From contig CP181398.1 in the NCBI GenBank assembly GCA_047946875.1, positions 713,041-777,040 of the forward strand: 64,000 nucleotides of DNA, read 5' to 3'. Each line of letters opens with the position of its first letter. Position 1 is the first letter of the stretch. This document shows, one piece after another, positions 1-11,150 of the stretch. The DNA comes from Candidatus Kerfeldbacteria bacterium (GTDB lineage Bacteria > Patescibacteriota > Patescibacteriia > UBA10025 > JAHIVO01). The translations under genes and the position numbers were made by a program. Under the pieces are notes generated by a model. The model ran no database searches. It was not told where the DNA came from and was given only the letters and a program-made list of their open reading frames with translations.

Positions 1-138
1 ACAAAGATTTTACAGCACCACGTGTTGCAATCGGCATAAAAAAAGGAGTGGATATTTCACCATGCCCTGTTTTTAATATTCCACTACGAGCTTTTGTTTT
101 TTTACTTTTTTTTAATAACTTAAAAGACATTTCATTAA

Positions 139-2226
139 TTATAAACTATTCACATTAGCTGTGCTATTGGTATTAGAATTACTATTAATAATAGTATTAG
201 TATTTGTTGAAGTACCTGCCACAACCTCTCCCTGGCCTATTGCCTGAGGATCATCTGGCAATGCCGATGTTATCATATCTTCAGAAATAGAAATCTCTTG
301 TTCGGTGAATGAGTCTGTTGAAACAATTTCACTTTTATCTAATAAAATCAATATATTTCCAATATCATCTGTAGTTGGGGTAATAGACACGTCAAAACTT
401 GCCCATATCTCAGATAAATATTGACCAACATGTTCAGGAACTTTATTTATTGACCAAGATATTTTTCTAGTGTTTGGATCATATGAAATATTTCCTGCGG
501 AAATTTTTGAATTACTTTCCCAGACTACTCCAGTTGGTAAGGTGGCACTAACAACAACAGGAGAAACTTCATTTGCCCCATTTCTGACATACCAATAGAT
601 CCTATATCTTGTTTCGCTACCTACCTGTGGAGGTATTGACCCAAGACCTACTTTGATATATTCATCATCATAATATCTGCCCTCTGCTCTTAATATTAAT
701 TGTGAATTAATTTTATTTACAACCTCATTACTTTCGACTTCTAATGTGCCATCATCAAAGTCAACGACATTATTTGATATAGCGCTTGCATTACTTGTAA
801 TTAAGAAATTAACATCTTCTTCACTATCAACTTCCAATGTATTTTGTAAGTTTATACTAAAAGCAATTTCACCCTCATCTCCCGGTTTTACGGAAGCTAA
901 ATCTTCAATACTATCTTGATCCCAAGCTATTGCACCATTTGAAATTACTCCGCCATTAACATCTGTTAAACTATCCCAATCCAACATCGACCCATCAATT
1001 TCTGCTGTAATTAACAAATCCTTAACTTCTGACTGACTATTATTTTCATAATTTAAAATATATTTTAATGTATCCCCTGACGAAACAGGAAATCCTTCAG
1101 CAGAAGCATTTACTGACATGGTTAATAACAATTGAGGATTAACTACAAATACTATTGCCGACTCTTCTTTCTGTATATTAAATTTACGTTGGTCATCAAG
1201 ATAACCAATTTGTAAATCAATCTCTCTCATATCTCCTTCTTCAGCATCAAGCACTGCATCAAAAGAAACCTCATAACTCTCCCCACTTTTTAATAATTCA
1301 ATATCCCAGATAGTCGGTTCATTGCTTGGTTCCGGATCATAACTATCCACAGTCATATCTACTGGCAAATTCATAGACAACCTAACATTAATCATATCAT
1401 CTGAAGATTTATTTGCTATTTCAAAACTATAATTACTAGCATACCCACTTACCACTTTTGATGGTACAGTAAAATTAAGGTCAAACACTGAATCATTGAT
1501 AGCTATGTCAAATTGATCAGATTTTTGAAATTGTGATGAAAAATTTGCTGGAGTATAGTTGAGTAGCCAAGAAAATGATTGATTTTTATTTAGCTCTCCA
1601 AACATTTTTCCATAAATCGTGACAGTCTCTGATGAACCACTCTTTATTTGTCCAATTGTCCAAGCATTATTAGCTTCATTATTTGCTAATGGTGAAGAAG
1701 AATTAAAAATATAATCTTCTGGTAACTGCAATATTAATTCCGAAGCTGCTATATCTACATCTGCCCGATTATATATAGTAATACTTATCTCTATACCATC
1801 TCCTGCTGAAACCAATAATGGTGTTTTTATTTCAACATCAAGATTATCCCCGCTAAACTTATCTTCTTGATTAATAAAATAATAAAAACCAAATAATGTA
1901 GCTGCTAAAACAACTACTAATATTAATATAACCCACCATATTGTCTTTTTTTTACGATTTGGGTCTTTTCTTTCTATTTTAGACATGTCTTCATTTTTAT
2001 TTTTACTACCTTTATAAAAAGCAGCAAAATCATTTACCTTTTCATTATTTTTTTTATCTCTTTGTTTGTATATATTACCAATAGTATCTGACTCATTACT
2101 TACAGATATTTTAATATTTTTATTATCATCTAAGTTTAATTCCTTTTTTATTTCCTTGCTTGCAATCTTAAACTCATCATTTTTTGACTTAGATAATTTT
2201 TCTTTTTTTATAATTTTTTTTACCAT
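139..2226 (-). CDS. Membrane-anchored extracellular protein with Ig-like/DUF11-type beta-sandwich domains
   Basis: Lys-rich N-terminus, one TM (IWWVILILVVVLAATLFGFYYF), acidic beta-rich repeats (e.g. GDTLKYILNYEN), Asn/Thr-rich tail. Confidence 0.6.
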   Translation of the reverse strand: MVKKIIKKEKLSKSKNDEFKIASKEIKKELNLDDNKNIKISVSNESDTIGNIYKQRDKKNNEKVNDFAAFYKGSKNKNEDMSKIERKDPNRKKKTIWWVILILVVVLAATLFGFYYFINQEDKFSGDNLDVEIKTPLLVSAGDGIEISITIYNRADVDIAASELILQLPEDYIFNSSSPLANNEANNAWTIGQIKSGSSETVTIYGKMFGELNKNQSFSWLLNYTPANFSSQFQKSDQFDIAINDSVFDLNFTVPSKVVSGYASNYSFEIANKSSDDMINVRLSMNLPVDMTVDSYDPEPSNEPTIWDIELLKSGESYEVSFDAVLDAEEGDMREIDLQIGYLDDQRKFNIQKEESAIVFVVNPQLLLTMSVNASAEGFPVSSGDTLKYILNYENNSQSEVKDLLITAEIDGSMLDWDSLTDVNGGVISNGAIAWDQDSIEDLASVKPGDEGEIAFSINLQNTLEVDSEEDVNFLITSNASAISNNVVDFDDGTLEVESNEVVNKINSQLILRAEGRYYDDEYIKVGLGSIPPQVGSETRYRIYWYVRNGANEVSPVVVSATLPTGVVWESNSKISAGNISYDPNTRKISWSINKVPEHVGQYLSEIWASFDVSITPTTDDIGNILILLDKSEIVSTDSFTEQEISISEDMITSALPDDPQAIGQGEVVAGTSTNTNTIINSNSNTNSTANVNSL

Positions 2227-2260
2227 ATAACGTCTTTATTATAGCAAAATTATCAAATTT

Positions 2261-2995
2261 TTAAAAATCTCTTATTCTTAAGTCCTGCTCAGTTACATAG
2301 CTCAAATATCCACTTACTATACTATCCAATTCCGGTATTAAAACATTATTGTAAATAACTTTACTTAAATTACTAAAATTTTTATTAAGCATTAGTCTAA
2401 TTATTTTTATAGAATTATTAGATATATTAATACTTCCTTCAATAGCTTTATAACAATTATTGCATATCAAGCCACCCTTTTTATTACTAAAATAATTATT
2501 TTCATTTGATATTTTATTATTACAATGAAGACAATTATAAAGTTCTGGTTGATAACCTAAATAGCTGATATATCTTAAAATAAAATACCAAACTAACAAT
2601 TTATTATTATTATTTTTACTATTTTCTAAATTTTTTAAAATTTCTAAAAGTAATTTATATATTCTCTGATCCCCTTGGTTACCAGTATATGTACGATTTA
2701 CAACAAAACAAATATATTGCATTGTCTGTAAGTTATTTAAATTATTTTTTATATTACGAAAAATATTTACTGGTTCGGATGATGCAATAACATCATAATA
2801 TTTTCCTTGGATAATCATAAAATCAGCCAAAGTTATTGGTTCTAGATTACCAGCTAATTTACTTGTAATTTTCCTAACCCCTCTTGCAATAACTTTTATC
2901 AAGCCATGATCAGATGTAAAAACTATCAACAGACGATCAGCCTCCCTTATATTATCATGTTGTAAAATTAATCCTTGAGGAAAATATGTGCCCAT
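2261..2995 (-). CDS. recO: DNA repair protein RecO
   Basis: EADRLLIVFT..GLIKVIARGVRK N-terminal motif, LGYQPEL plus CxxC...CxxC zinc finger. Confidence 0.95.
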   Translation of the reverse strand: MGTYFPQGLILQHDNIREADRLLIVFTSDHGLIKVIARGVRKITSKLAGNLEPITLADFMIIQGKYYDVIASSEPVNIFRNIKNNLNNLQTMQYICFVVNRTYTGNQGDQRIYKLLLEILKNLENSKNNNNKLLVWYFILRYISYLGYQPELYNCLHCNNKISNENNYFSNKKGGLICNNCYKAIEGSINISNNSIKIIRLMLNKNFSNLSKVIYNNVLIPELDSIVSGYLSYVTEQDLRIRDF

Positions 2996-3004
2996 GTGGA
3001 ATTT

Positions 3005-5926
3005 TTAATTCTTTTTAATTCCAAATATTATTTTTTTACCATTGACATCCAGCACTTTTTTCAAATCAACATTTTCTGGTATTCCTTCTAAACAATGAGA
3101 TGCTATTACTTCGCTGCAAAATTCTTTTTTGTAATGTTGTAGAATTCCTTTTAATTCTTCATCTTGAATTTCATGATAAACAGATACAGTGTCATGTATT
3201 GTTAATTTTGCATCCTTACGCATAGAATTAATATGTCTTATTAATTCACGAACCATACCTCGATGCCTTAATTCGTCAGTCATTGTAATATCGAGTGAAA
3301 CCTTGATGTCAGAAGTTTCTTTTGTTACAAATTCATTACCTTGCGGAACATCTTGAGAAATCACAACACTATCAACATTCATTTCTTCTTTGAGGATATT
3401 TTTTAATTCATCAGAAAAAATATCTGCTTTAATTACAAACTGAGACAAAGGCTGTCTTACTTTTAATTTATTCTCTTTTCGTAAACTATGTCCTAGTTCT
3501 ACAGCTTGACGCAATAGCTTCATACTACTAATAATTGTTTGATCAACGTCTTTATCTTCATTATTTGACCAATCTGCCAGATGAACACTTATAATATCAT
3601 TATCTTTTGGAATTAATTGTTGCCATAAATTATCAGCCAAAAAAGGTGTAAAAGGAGCTAATAATTTGGAAATTTCTACTAACACATAATGTAAAGTTTG
3701 TAGCGCCTCTTCTTTTTCTGTGTCTCCTTTTTTAAATCTATCTCTAGAACGTCTTAAATACCAAGTCGACAACTCATTAATAAAATCCGAAATACCTCGA
3801 CCAGCTTCAGTAACTTTATAAATATCTAAATTATTTGTTACATCTTTCAACAATTGATGCAATCGTGAAATTATCCATTTATCCAGTATATTATTTACTT
3901 TTGGTAAATCACCTGAATATTTTTTCAAATCATCACCTGCATACATTTTCCAAAATGATAATACATTCCATAGGATCATCCAGTTCTTCTTTACTACATC
4001 AGACAAATTCTTTTCATCAAATAATTTTACATCTCCCGGTTGGTTCATTGTAAAAAAATGCCAACGCAATGAATCAGCTCCATATTTATTAATCATTTCA
4101 AAATGATCTACAATATTTCCTTTTGATTTTGACATTTTCTTACCTTTTTTATCAAATATCAAATTCAAGCTAATAACATTTTTATATGGCGCTCCTTTAT
4201 CTAATAAAGCGGATACAGCCTGCAAAGTATAAAACCAACCACGTGTTTGATCTATTCCTTCAGAAATAAAATCTGCGGGGAAACTAATATTATCATCAAT
4301 TCTTTCTTTATTTTCAAATGGATAATGCCACTGAGCAAAAGGCATAGAACCAGAATCAAACCAAGCATCCATCACTTCATCTACACGCTTATATTCTTTA
4401 CCCTCTTTAACCAAAATAATATCATCAATAAACGGACGATGCATATCAAAATCATCACCAATTTTACTTGAATCTTTTGCTAATGATTTTAGCTCTTCAA
4501 TAGAACCAATACATATCTTGTCTCCATCCTCTGTTTCCCAAATTGGTAATGGAGTACCCCAATATCTTTCACGAGAAATTGCCCAGTCTTTTAACTCATT
4601 CAACCATTCTCCAAATCTACCATCCTTAATATAAGCTGGGACCCAATTAATTGTTTGATTACTTGCTATTAATTTTTCTTTTAAACTACTCATCTTTATA
4701 AACCAAGAATTTTTTGCATAATACAACAACGGTGTATCACAACGCCAACAGAACGGGTAATCATGTTTATATAGTTCTTCTTTTAGTAGTAAATTCTTAT
4801 CTTTTAATTCATCAATTATTAATACTTCAACTTTCTTGCTTTTTACAAAATGTCCAGCAAGATGACCAGTACTATCATTAAACTTACCATCTTCCCCTAC
4901 TGTATGATATTTTGGTAGTCCCACCTTCTCCCCTAACTGATAATCATCCTCACCATACATTACCGCTGTATGTACTACCCCGGTACCTTCTGATGTATTT
5001 ACAAAATCAGCTGGATAAACTTTATATGACGTATCTGTTTGTAATGGCTTAATATCAAATAATGGCTCATACGATATACCAACTAGATCTTTTCCTTGGA
5101 TAGTTTCAATTTCTTTATATTTTTCAAATAATTTTTCTGCAATAGGTTTAGCAAGTATATATATTTCTTTATCAACTTTTATCTTGACGTATTCAATATC
5201 CTCACCAATAGCTAAAGCTACATTGCCAGGCAAGGTCCATGGAGTAGTTGTCCAAGATAAAATATATGTATCTTTTTCATCAACAACTTTGAACTTAATA
5301 AAAACAGAATTTTCTTCTACCTCTTTGTATCCTTGTGCTACCTCATGTGATGATAGAGCAGTACCGCATCGTGGACAATGTGGGACAACTTTATAACCTT
5401 TATATAATAATTTTTTATCCCAAGCATTCTTGACTATCCACCATAATGATTCCATGTATTCATTTTCATAAGTTACATATGGCGTGTTGAGATCCAACCA
5501 AAAACCAATACGCTTGGTCATATCTTCAAAATCTTTTTTATATTTCCAAACACTTTCTTTACATTTCTGATTAAACTCAGTAATTCCATATTTCTCAATA
5601 TCAGGCTTACCTGATATACCTAGCTCTTTTTCTACTTGTAGCTCAACTGGCAAACCATGAGTATCCCAACCAGCTTTTCGCTCAACATAAAAACCTTGCA
5701 TAGTTTTATATCGCAAGATAACATCTTTATACACCCTAGCTAATACGTGATGAATACCTGGTTTTCCATTAGCAGTCGGTGGTCCTTCAAAAAAAACAAA
5801 AGATTTACCATCCTTAGTCTTGGCTAACGTTTTTTTGAATATTTCTTCTTTTTCCCAAAATTTTAATACTTCTTCTTCAATCTCGGGAAAACTTATTTGA
5901 TATGATTTTTTTTCTTTCTTTTCCAT
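3005..5926 (-). CDS. ileS: Isoleucyl-tRNA synthetase, type 2
   Basis: FEGPPTANG-GIHH, GWDTHGLP, WTTTPWTLP, EGIDQTRGWFY, KMSKS. Confidence 0.97.
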   Translation of the reverse strand: MEKKEKKSYQISFPEIEEEVLKFWEKEEIFKKTLAKTKDGKSFVFFEGPPTANGKPGIHHVLARVYKDVILRYKTMQGFYVERKAGWDTHGLPVELQVEKELGISGKPDIEKYGITEFNQKCKESVWKYKKDFEDMTKRIGFWLDLNTPYVTYENEYMESLWWIVKNAWDKKLLYKGYKVVPHCPRCGTALSSHEVAQGYKEVEENSVFIKFKVVDEKDTYILSWTTTPWTLPGNVALAIGEDIEYVKIKVDKEIYILAKPIAEKLFEKYKEIETIQGKDLVGISYEPLFDIKPLQTDTSYKVYPADFVNTSEGTGVVHTAVMYGEDDYQLGEKVGLPKYHTVGEDGKFNDSTGHLAGHFVKSKKVEVLIIDELKDKNLLLKEELYKHDYPFCWRCDTPLLYYAKNSWFIKMSSLKEKLIASNQTINWVPAYIKDGRFGEWLNELKDWAISRERYWGTPLPIWETEDGDKICIGSIEELKSLAKDSSKIGDDFDMHRPFIDDIILVKEGKEYKRVDEVMDAWFDSGSMPFAQWHYPFENKERIDDNISFPADFISEGIDQTRGWFYTLQAVSALLDKGAPYKNVISLNLIFDKKGKKMSKSKGNIVDHFEMINKYGADSLRWHFFTMNQPGDVKLFDEKNLSDVVKKNWMILWNVLSFWKMYAGDDLKKYSGDLPKVNNILDKWIISRLHQLLKDVTNNLDIYKVTEAGRGISDFINELSTWYLRRSRDRFKKGDTEKEEALQTLHYVLVEISKLLAPFTPFLADNLWQQLIPKDNDIISVHLADWSNNEDKDVDQTIISSMKLLRQAVELGHSLRKENKLKVRQPLSQFVIKADIFSDELKNILKEEMNVDSVVISQDVPQGNEFVTKETSDIKVSLDITMTDELRHRGMVRELIRHINSMRKDAKLTIHDTVSVYHEIQDEELKGILQHYKKEFCSEVIASHCLEGIPENVDLKKVLDVNGKKIIFGIKKN

Positions 5927-6095
5927 ATAATATTGTATAATGTACCAAAAAATGAACTATTTGACAAGAATCATCCATCAATATATTGTCTACCCAAATT
6001 ATCAAATGCTATTATTGACATTCTTAATAATAAGTGTTAAATTATACTAATTTCAAAAATAAAAATAAAAAATGTAACTTGAAAGGAGCGCAGAA

Positions 6096-6728
6096 ATGTC
6101 TATTCTGCCACAAAGTAAAAAGGAATTTTATGCTTTGTTTCATCACCTCGCTGGTTTGATCTACGCGAGTTCTGCACTGTTTCATGAGCTTATCTCGGAT
6201 TCTCTGGACCCCAAGCAATCTAAGGATACAATCGCTGAGATCATTGCCCGTGAAAAGCAGGCTGATCAAACGCTTAAAGATATTGCTGAGTTGGTGTCCG
6301 GCAAGTTTGTTACTCCGTTTTCTTCCCAAGAAACGCTCCATCTGGCTGAGCTGATGGATAATATCCTTGACCAAATAGAAAACGGAGCTGATTTGATCCG
6401 TGACTACGATTTTGGCGACATTCCTCCCGAAACTGGACAGATGTCGGCATTGTTAGCTAAAGGCTGCCAAGTACTTACTGAAATGATTAAGCCGCTATCA
6501 GATTTCCGTCACCCGTTCGACATGTACGCGGAAATTCGCGAACTAGAACACAAGGCCGACGTAATAAACAAAGCGGCAATCGCGAAGTACTATCATGCGA
6601 CAAGCAATTTTGAGGAGTTCAAACGATGGTTTATCATCCGAGAGCTTATCTCTACGCAAGAGAAAGCTGTGGATGCGCTGCGCGACGTATCCAATATTCT
6701 CAGAAGGATAATAGAGAAACATGTATGA
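6096..6728 (+). CDS. DUF47/PhoU-like phosphate transport regulator
   Basis: E..AD motifs, FVTPF..E, LEHKAD; overlaps the downstream PiT gene; SD AAGGAG upstream. Confidence 0.88.
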   Translation: MSILPQSKKEFYALFHHLAGLIYASSALFHELISDSLDPKQSKDTIAEIIAREKQADQTLKDIAELVSGKFVTPFSSQETLHLAELMDNILDQIENGADLIRDYDFGDIPPETGQMSALLAKGCQVLTEMIKPLSDFRHPFDMYAEIRELEHKADVINKAAIAKYYHATSNFEEFKRWFIIRELISTQEKAVDALRDVSNILRRIIEKHV

Positions 6729-7869
6729 GCTGACCCTACTGATACTAATATTCATCGCTGCGTTAGCATATGATGTGGTTAACGGATTTCATGATGCTGC
6801 GAATTCGATTGCAATGTCCATATGGAGCAATGCCTTGTCTCCACGGAATGCCATTATCTTGGCAGTTGTATTCAACTTCGCAGGCGCACTATCACATACC
6901 GCGGTGGCCTATACCATCGGCAAGGGTGTGGTATCATCTGATTTCGTTACCGGAACAATACTATTCGCTGCGTTAATGAGCGCTATCTCCTGGGGCATGT
7001 TCACCTGGAAGTTAGGTCTACCATCGTCATCAACCCACGCGCTCGTCGGCGGTCTCATCGGCAGTGCATTAGTTGCAAGTAATTTTGATTTTTCAGTTTT
7101 AATAGCTGAAGGAATAACCAAAATTATCGTCGCCATGTTCCTTGCGCCGTTTGCTGGGTTTATCGGTGGATTCCTTCTACTCGCAATTATTATTTGGCCA
7201 CTCTATGGTTTGAATAAAGGTTTACCCAAACTGAAACCACCAACCAACAGGATATATGTATGGATGAAACAATTCCGTAGTAGGAGAAATAGTTTTTGGA
7301 AAATAGCTTTGCTTATTCTTCCGATATACTGGCCTTATTGGAAATTGAGAGTTAATAAGCGTCCCACCAATCGCGTATTTAAAGTGATACAAATAGGATC
7401 AGCTGCGTGGATGAGTTTCACGCATGGCATGAATGATGCCCAAAATGCAATGGGTATTATCACTATGTCTCTCTTGTCATACGGTGCATTGACTGAATTT
7501 ACTGTCCCTCTGTCAGTACGGATTCTCTGTGCTCTGGCCATGGGAGTTGGTACAATGATTGGTGGATGGAAGATTATCAAAACCGTGATCAACCAGTTAG
7601 CTGGTGAGGAGTGTATGCCGATTGAAGGATTTGCTGCACAAACAGCTGCCGGTGGAGTTATCTTCGGAATGTCGCTTGTTGGTGCACCAATCAGTACATC
7701 ACATTCAATTTCCAGTACCGTGCTTGGTGTCAATGGTGCCCATGGATTAAAAGGAATCAATTGGGGCAAGGTTGGTGAAATGATCTTTGCATGGATTGTA
7801 ACAATTCCAGCCACGGCTATAATCAGTGCTATTATCTGGTATTGTTTCCATCTTTTTGGAAGCCAATAA
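6721..7869 (+). CDS. pit: Inorganic phosphate transporter, PiT family
   Basis: NGFHDAAN, GLPSSSTHALVGG, HGMNDAQ, PISTSH signatures. Confidence 0.95.
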   Translation: MYELTLLILIFIAALAYDVVNGFHDAANSIAMSIWSNALSPRNAIILAVVFNFAGALSHTAVAYTIGKGVVSSDFVTGTILFAALMSAISWGMFTWKLGLPSSSTHALVGGLIGSALVASNFDFSVLIAEGITKIIVAMFLAPFAGFIGGFLLLAIIIWPLYGLNKGLPKLKPPTNRIYVWMKQFRSRRNSFWKIALLILPIYWPYWKLRVNKRPTNRVFKVIQIGSAAWMSFTHGMNDAQNAMGIITMSLLSYGALTEFTVPLSVRILCALAMGVGTMIGGWKIIKTVINQLAGEECMPIEGFAAQTAAGGVIFGMSLVGAPISTSHSISSTVLGVNGAHGLKGINWGKVGEMIFAWIVTIPATAIISAIIWYCFHLFGSQ

Positions 7870-7909
7870 CTTAATTGTTCATTAATTGGAATATTCCAAT
7901 AACAAATAT

Positions 7910-7938
7910 AAACCGTATATTAAATTATACGGTTTTTT
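7910..7938 (+). terminator. Intrinsic terminator after pit
   Basis: AAACCGTATA/TATACGGTTT stem followed by T run. Confidence 0.75.
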
Positions 7939-8011
7939 ATTTTATAAAAAAAGCGCAAACAATAATGTTTACGCTTATTTAGTACTTAGTAAGAATACTT
8001 ATGCTAATAAA

Positions 8012-8287
8012 TTAAGATATTTTATTTATCACATTACCCTGCTTTACTGGTACTAATAATATTTTCCTGTGATTCTTGTTTCCTCTAATTATTTCAATAT
8101 CTGATTTATTTATATTATAGTTTTTAGATAAAAATCTAACCAATTCAGTATTAGCTTTATTATGATCTGGTACTGCTGCAATTCTTATCTTAATAAAATC
8201 CCCCTGTCTACCAACAAGCTGAGTTTGTTTCGCGTTAGGTACTACTTTAACCTTTATTTGTGTAGTACTCTTTTTATTTATTATCAT
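8012..8287 (-). CDS. DUF167 (YggU-like) protein
   Basis: VKVVPNAK...IRIAA.P..KAN.EL..FL...I.I.RG...K. Confidence 0.85.
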   Translation of the reverse strand: MIINKKSTTQIKVKVVPNAKQTQLVGRQGDFIKIRIAAVPDHNKANTELVRFLSKNYNINKSDIEIIRGNKNHRKILLVPVKQGNVINKIS

Positions 8288-8289
8288 TA

Positions 8290-9423
8290 TTATTTACAAC
8301 TCTGATAAGCCTTGATTGTATCCTTAGCACAATTCTCCCAAGTAAAATTCTGTGCTTGTTTTTTACCACTCTTGCTCAATCTTGCTTGTAATTTTTTGTT
8401 AGACAATAATTTCTTTAATGCGTTTGCTATCTCCATCTCTTTTTCTGGATCAACCAATATTGCAGCCTTACCCGCTACTTCTGGTAATGAAGATACATTA
8501 CTTGTTATTACAGGTGTACCAAGAGCCATCGCTTCTAATACTGGCAAACCAAATCCTTCATAACTTGAAGGGAAAGTGAAACAAGTTGCTTTTTTAATTA
8601 ATTCCATTTTTTGGTTATGAGTAACATAGCCTATATACTTAACTTGTTTTTTTAATTTTAATGCTTTAATCTCATCAAAAATTGCTTCACTACCAAAAGC
8701 CTTTGCTCCAGCTAAAATTAATTGGTATTCACTATATCCAGGTTCTGCTTGAAGTAATTTCTTATAAGCACGGATAAGAGTGACGATATTTTTTCTAGGC
8801 ATTAGTGTTCCAATATATAGAATATACTTTGGCCCAAGTTTGAATCTTGTTAAACTATCAATTTTTTTATTTTTTACTGAAATTTTTTCTATTGAAGCTC
8901 CCTCATGAACAACCTTAATTTTTTTACTAGAAACATTAAAAATCTCTTGTAAATCTTTTTTAGTACTATTGGACACTGCAATAATTTTATTAGCTTTGCG
9001 TAAACTCTGTGGTACTAATAATTTTGTACTAATTATTTGGGACGGGAACCAAGATGGATTTTTATATATTGCCAAATCATGAACTGTAATAATTGATTTA
9101 CGTGTATATGTTAATGGCAATGAAGATATTGGAGAATGAAATAGATCCAGATTAGCTTTCATTAGATATGCAGAAATAAGCATATGAGAATATGCAAATG
9201 GTAAAAATTTATTATATTGCGAAAAAGGAAAATTCTTTATTTTTACATTCTTTTGTGCGAACTCATCAAACTTTCTAAATCTCCAATCAAAAAATAATAC
9301 GTATTCATTTTTCTTATCGTATTTTAATAAATTCTTAACTAAATAATAAGTATAGTGGCCCACTCCAGCCTGCTCACCTAATTTTGGATTTAAAATTGTC
9401 CTACAATCAATACCTATTTTCAT
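8290..9423 (-). CDS. Glycosyltransferase family 4 (GT-B)
   Basis: MKIGID start, TVHDL, PSSYEGFGLPVLEAMALG motif. Confidence 0.93.
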   Translation of the reverse strand: MKIGIDCRTILNPKLGEQAGVGHYTYYLVKNLLKYDKKNEYVLFFDWRFRKFDEFAQKNVKIKNFPFSQYNKFLPFAYSHMLISAYLMKANLDLFHSPISSLPLTYTRKSIITVHDLAIYKNPSWFPSQIISTKLLVPQSLRKANKIIAVSNSTKKDLQEIFNVSSKKIKVVHEGASIEKISVKNKKIDSLTRFKLGPKYILYIGTLMPRKNIVTLIRAYKKLLQAEPGYSEYQLILAGAKAFGSEAIFDEIKALKLKKQVKYIGYVTHNQKMELIKKATCFTFPSSYEGFGLPVLEAMALGTPVITSNVSSLPEVAGKAAILVDPEKEMEIANALKKLLSNKKLQARLSKSGKKQAQNFTWENCAKDTIKAYQSCK

Positions 9424-9429
9424 ATAATA

Positions 9430-11073
9430 TTACATTCTTTCAGGGGAACTTATTCCCATACTTGATAATACATTATTTAAAGTTATTTGTGCAACTTTCA
9501 TAATTTTTAATCTTCTTTCATCTACCTTCTTACCTTTTATTACTTGGCAATTGGTATAAAATTCATGAAAAGAAGCTGCAATCTCTGTGGCATAAATTGT
9601 TAATTTATGAACCTGATATGTATCAGCGACCTCAATAATTATTTCCGGCCATTTTAGCAATTTTTTAACTAATTTTGCCTCTTCATTTGAGATAGTTGTA
9701 CCTCTCTTGATCGGAATAAATTCTAGAGTTTCCGCTCTTCTTATTATACTACATATCCTAGCGTGAGCATACTGAACATAGTAGACAGGATTGTCCTTGG
9801 TCTTTTTTTTGGCTAAATTCATATCAAAATCCATATGCGTATTATAATCATGCATTAAGAAAAAATATCTAGTAGCATCCAAACCTACTTCATCAACAAT
9901 TTCTTCAAGAGTTATAAATGTACCGGCTCGTTTTGACATCTTTACTTCCTCCCCTTTTTTCAATAATCGGACCATTTGGGTAATAACTATATCCAACTTA
10001 CCATTAAAATCAAAAATTTTCATAGTTGCTTGTAAACGTCCAATATATCCATGATGATCAGCCCCGAAAAAATCAATCACTCTATCAAACTTCCTTCTAG
10101 AAAATTTATTCCAATGATAAGCAATATCCGATAAAAAATATACAGGGTTACCATCAGCTTTTATCAAAACTCGATCTTTCTCATCTCCATACTTACGAGT
10201 CCTCAACCAAATTGCTCCATCAGATTTATATAATAAATTTTTTCGTTTTAATTCTTTTAACATACGGTCAACCACACCAGTACTATATAATGTATGTTCT
10301 TCAAAAAATTTATCAAATTTAATACCTAACTTTTCTTCAGTAACCTTTTTTATATCAACAATCATCTTTTTCAGAATCCTACCTTTTATTTTGTCTCTAA
10401 TATCTTCCATTTTCTGATTCTTATTCATCTTATAATCAGGGATATATATTTTCTTTGCTAGCTCAGTTATATACTCACCTTGATAACAATAATCTGGGTA
10501 CTCAATTCTGATTCCCTTATGTTGCCAATAACGACGTAAGACTGACTCAGCTAGAATTGTTATTTGATTACCTACGTCATTTATATAATACTCTCTCTGA
10601 ACTTTATAACCTGATAATTTTAAAATATTAGCCAGAACATCTCCAGAGAAACCACCTCGACCATTCCCTAATGTAATTGGACCAGTTGGATTAGCAGATA
10701 CAAATTCAAGTTGAATTCTTTGACCATCTCCTAATTTATTTTGACCAAATTTATTTTTTTGTTCGATAATCTCTTCAACTTGTTTTCCTAAAAATTTATT
10801 ATCAATAAAAAAATTAATAAAACCTGGTGATACAACTTCAATTTTTATTAGTGGGGCAGAATTACCAAAATTCTTTTTAATTTCATCAGCAATTTCCAAC
10901 GGACCGCGATGAATCAGTGGAGCCAACTTCATAGCAATATTACATGAATAATCACCAAATCTTCTCTCAGGTGGATAATTTATTTCAAAATCAAAACCTC
11001 TCTCCTTCAAATCGGGCCAAAGAGATGATGATACCTTAATTATTTTATTATTCAAATATTGTTTTACATTCAT
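9430..11073 (-). CDS. argS: Arginyl-tRNA synthetase
   Basis: EFVSANPTGP, YINDVGNQ, GADHHGY, KMSKR, YVQYAHAR; HIGH motif reads TLGN. Confidence 0.96.
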   Translation of the reverse strand: MNVKQYLNNKIIKVSSSLWPDLKERGFDFEINYPPERRFGDYSCNIAMKLAPLIHRGPLEIADEIKKNFGNSAPLIKIEVVSPGFINFFIDNKFLGKQVEEIIEQKNKFGQNKLGDGQRIQLEFVSANPTGPITLGNGRGGFSGDVLANILKLSGYKVQREYYINDVGNQITILAESVLRRYWQHKGIRIEYPDYCYQGEYITELAKKIYIPDYKMNKNQKMEDIRDKIKGRILKKMIVDIKKVTEEKLGIKFDKFFEEHTLYSTGVVDRMLKELKRKNLLYKSDGAIWLRTRKYGDEKDRVLIKADGNPVYFLSDIAYHWNKFSRRKFDRVIDFFGADHHGYIGRLQATMKIFDFNGKLDIVITQMVRLLKKGEEVKMSKRAGTFITLEEIVDEVGLDATRYFFLMHDYNTHMDFDMNLAKKKTKDNPVYYVQYAHARICSIIRRAETLEFIPIKRGTTISNEEAKLVKKLLKWPEIIIEVADTYQVHKLTIYATEIAASFHEFYTNCQVIKGKKVDERRLKIMKVAQITLNNVLSSMGISSPERM

Positions 11074-11150
11074 ATATATATATTATAACGAAAAAACTAC
11101 AATAAAAAAAGGATATACAATACTTGCATACCCTTTATAAAATAAATACT

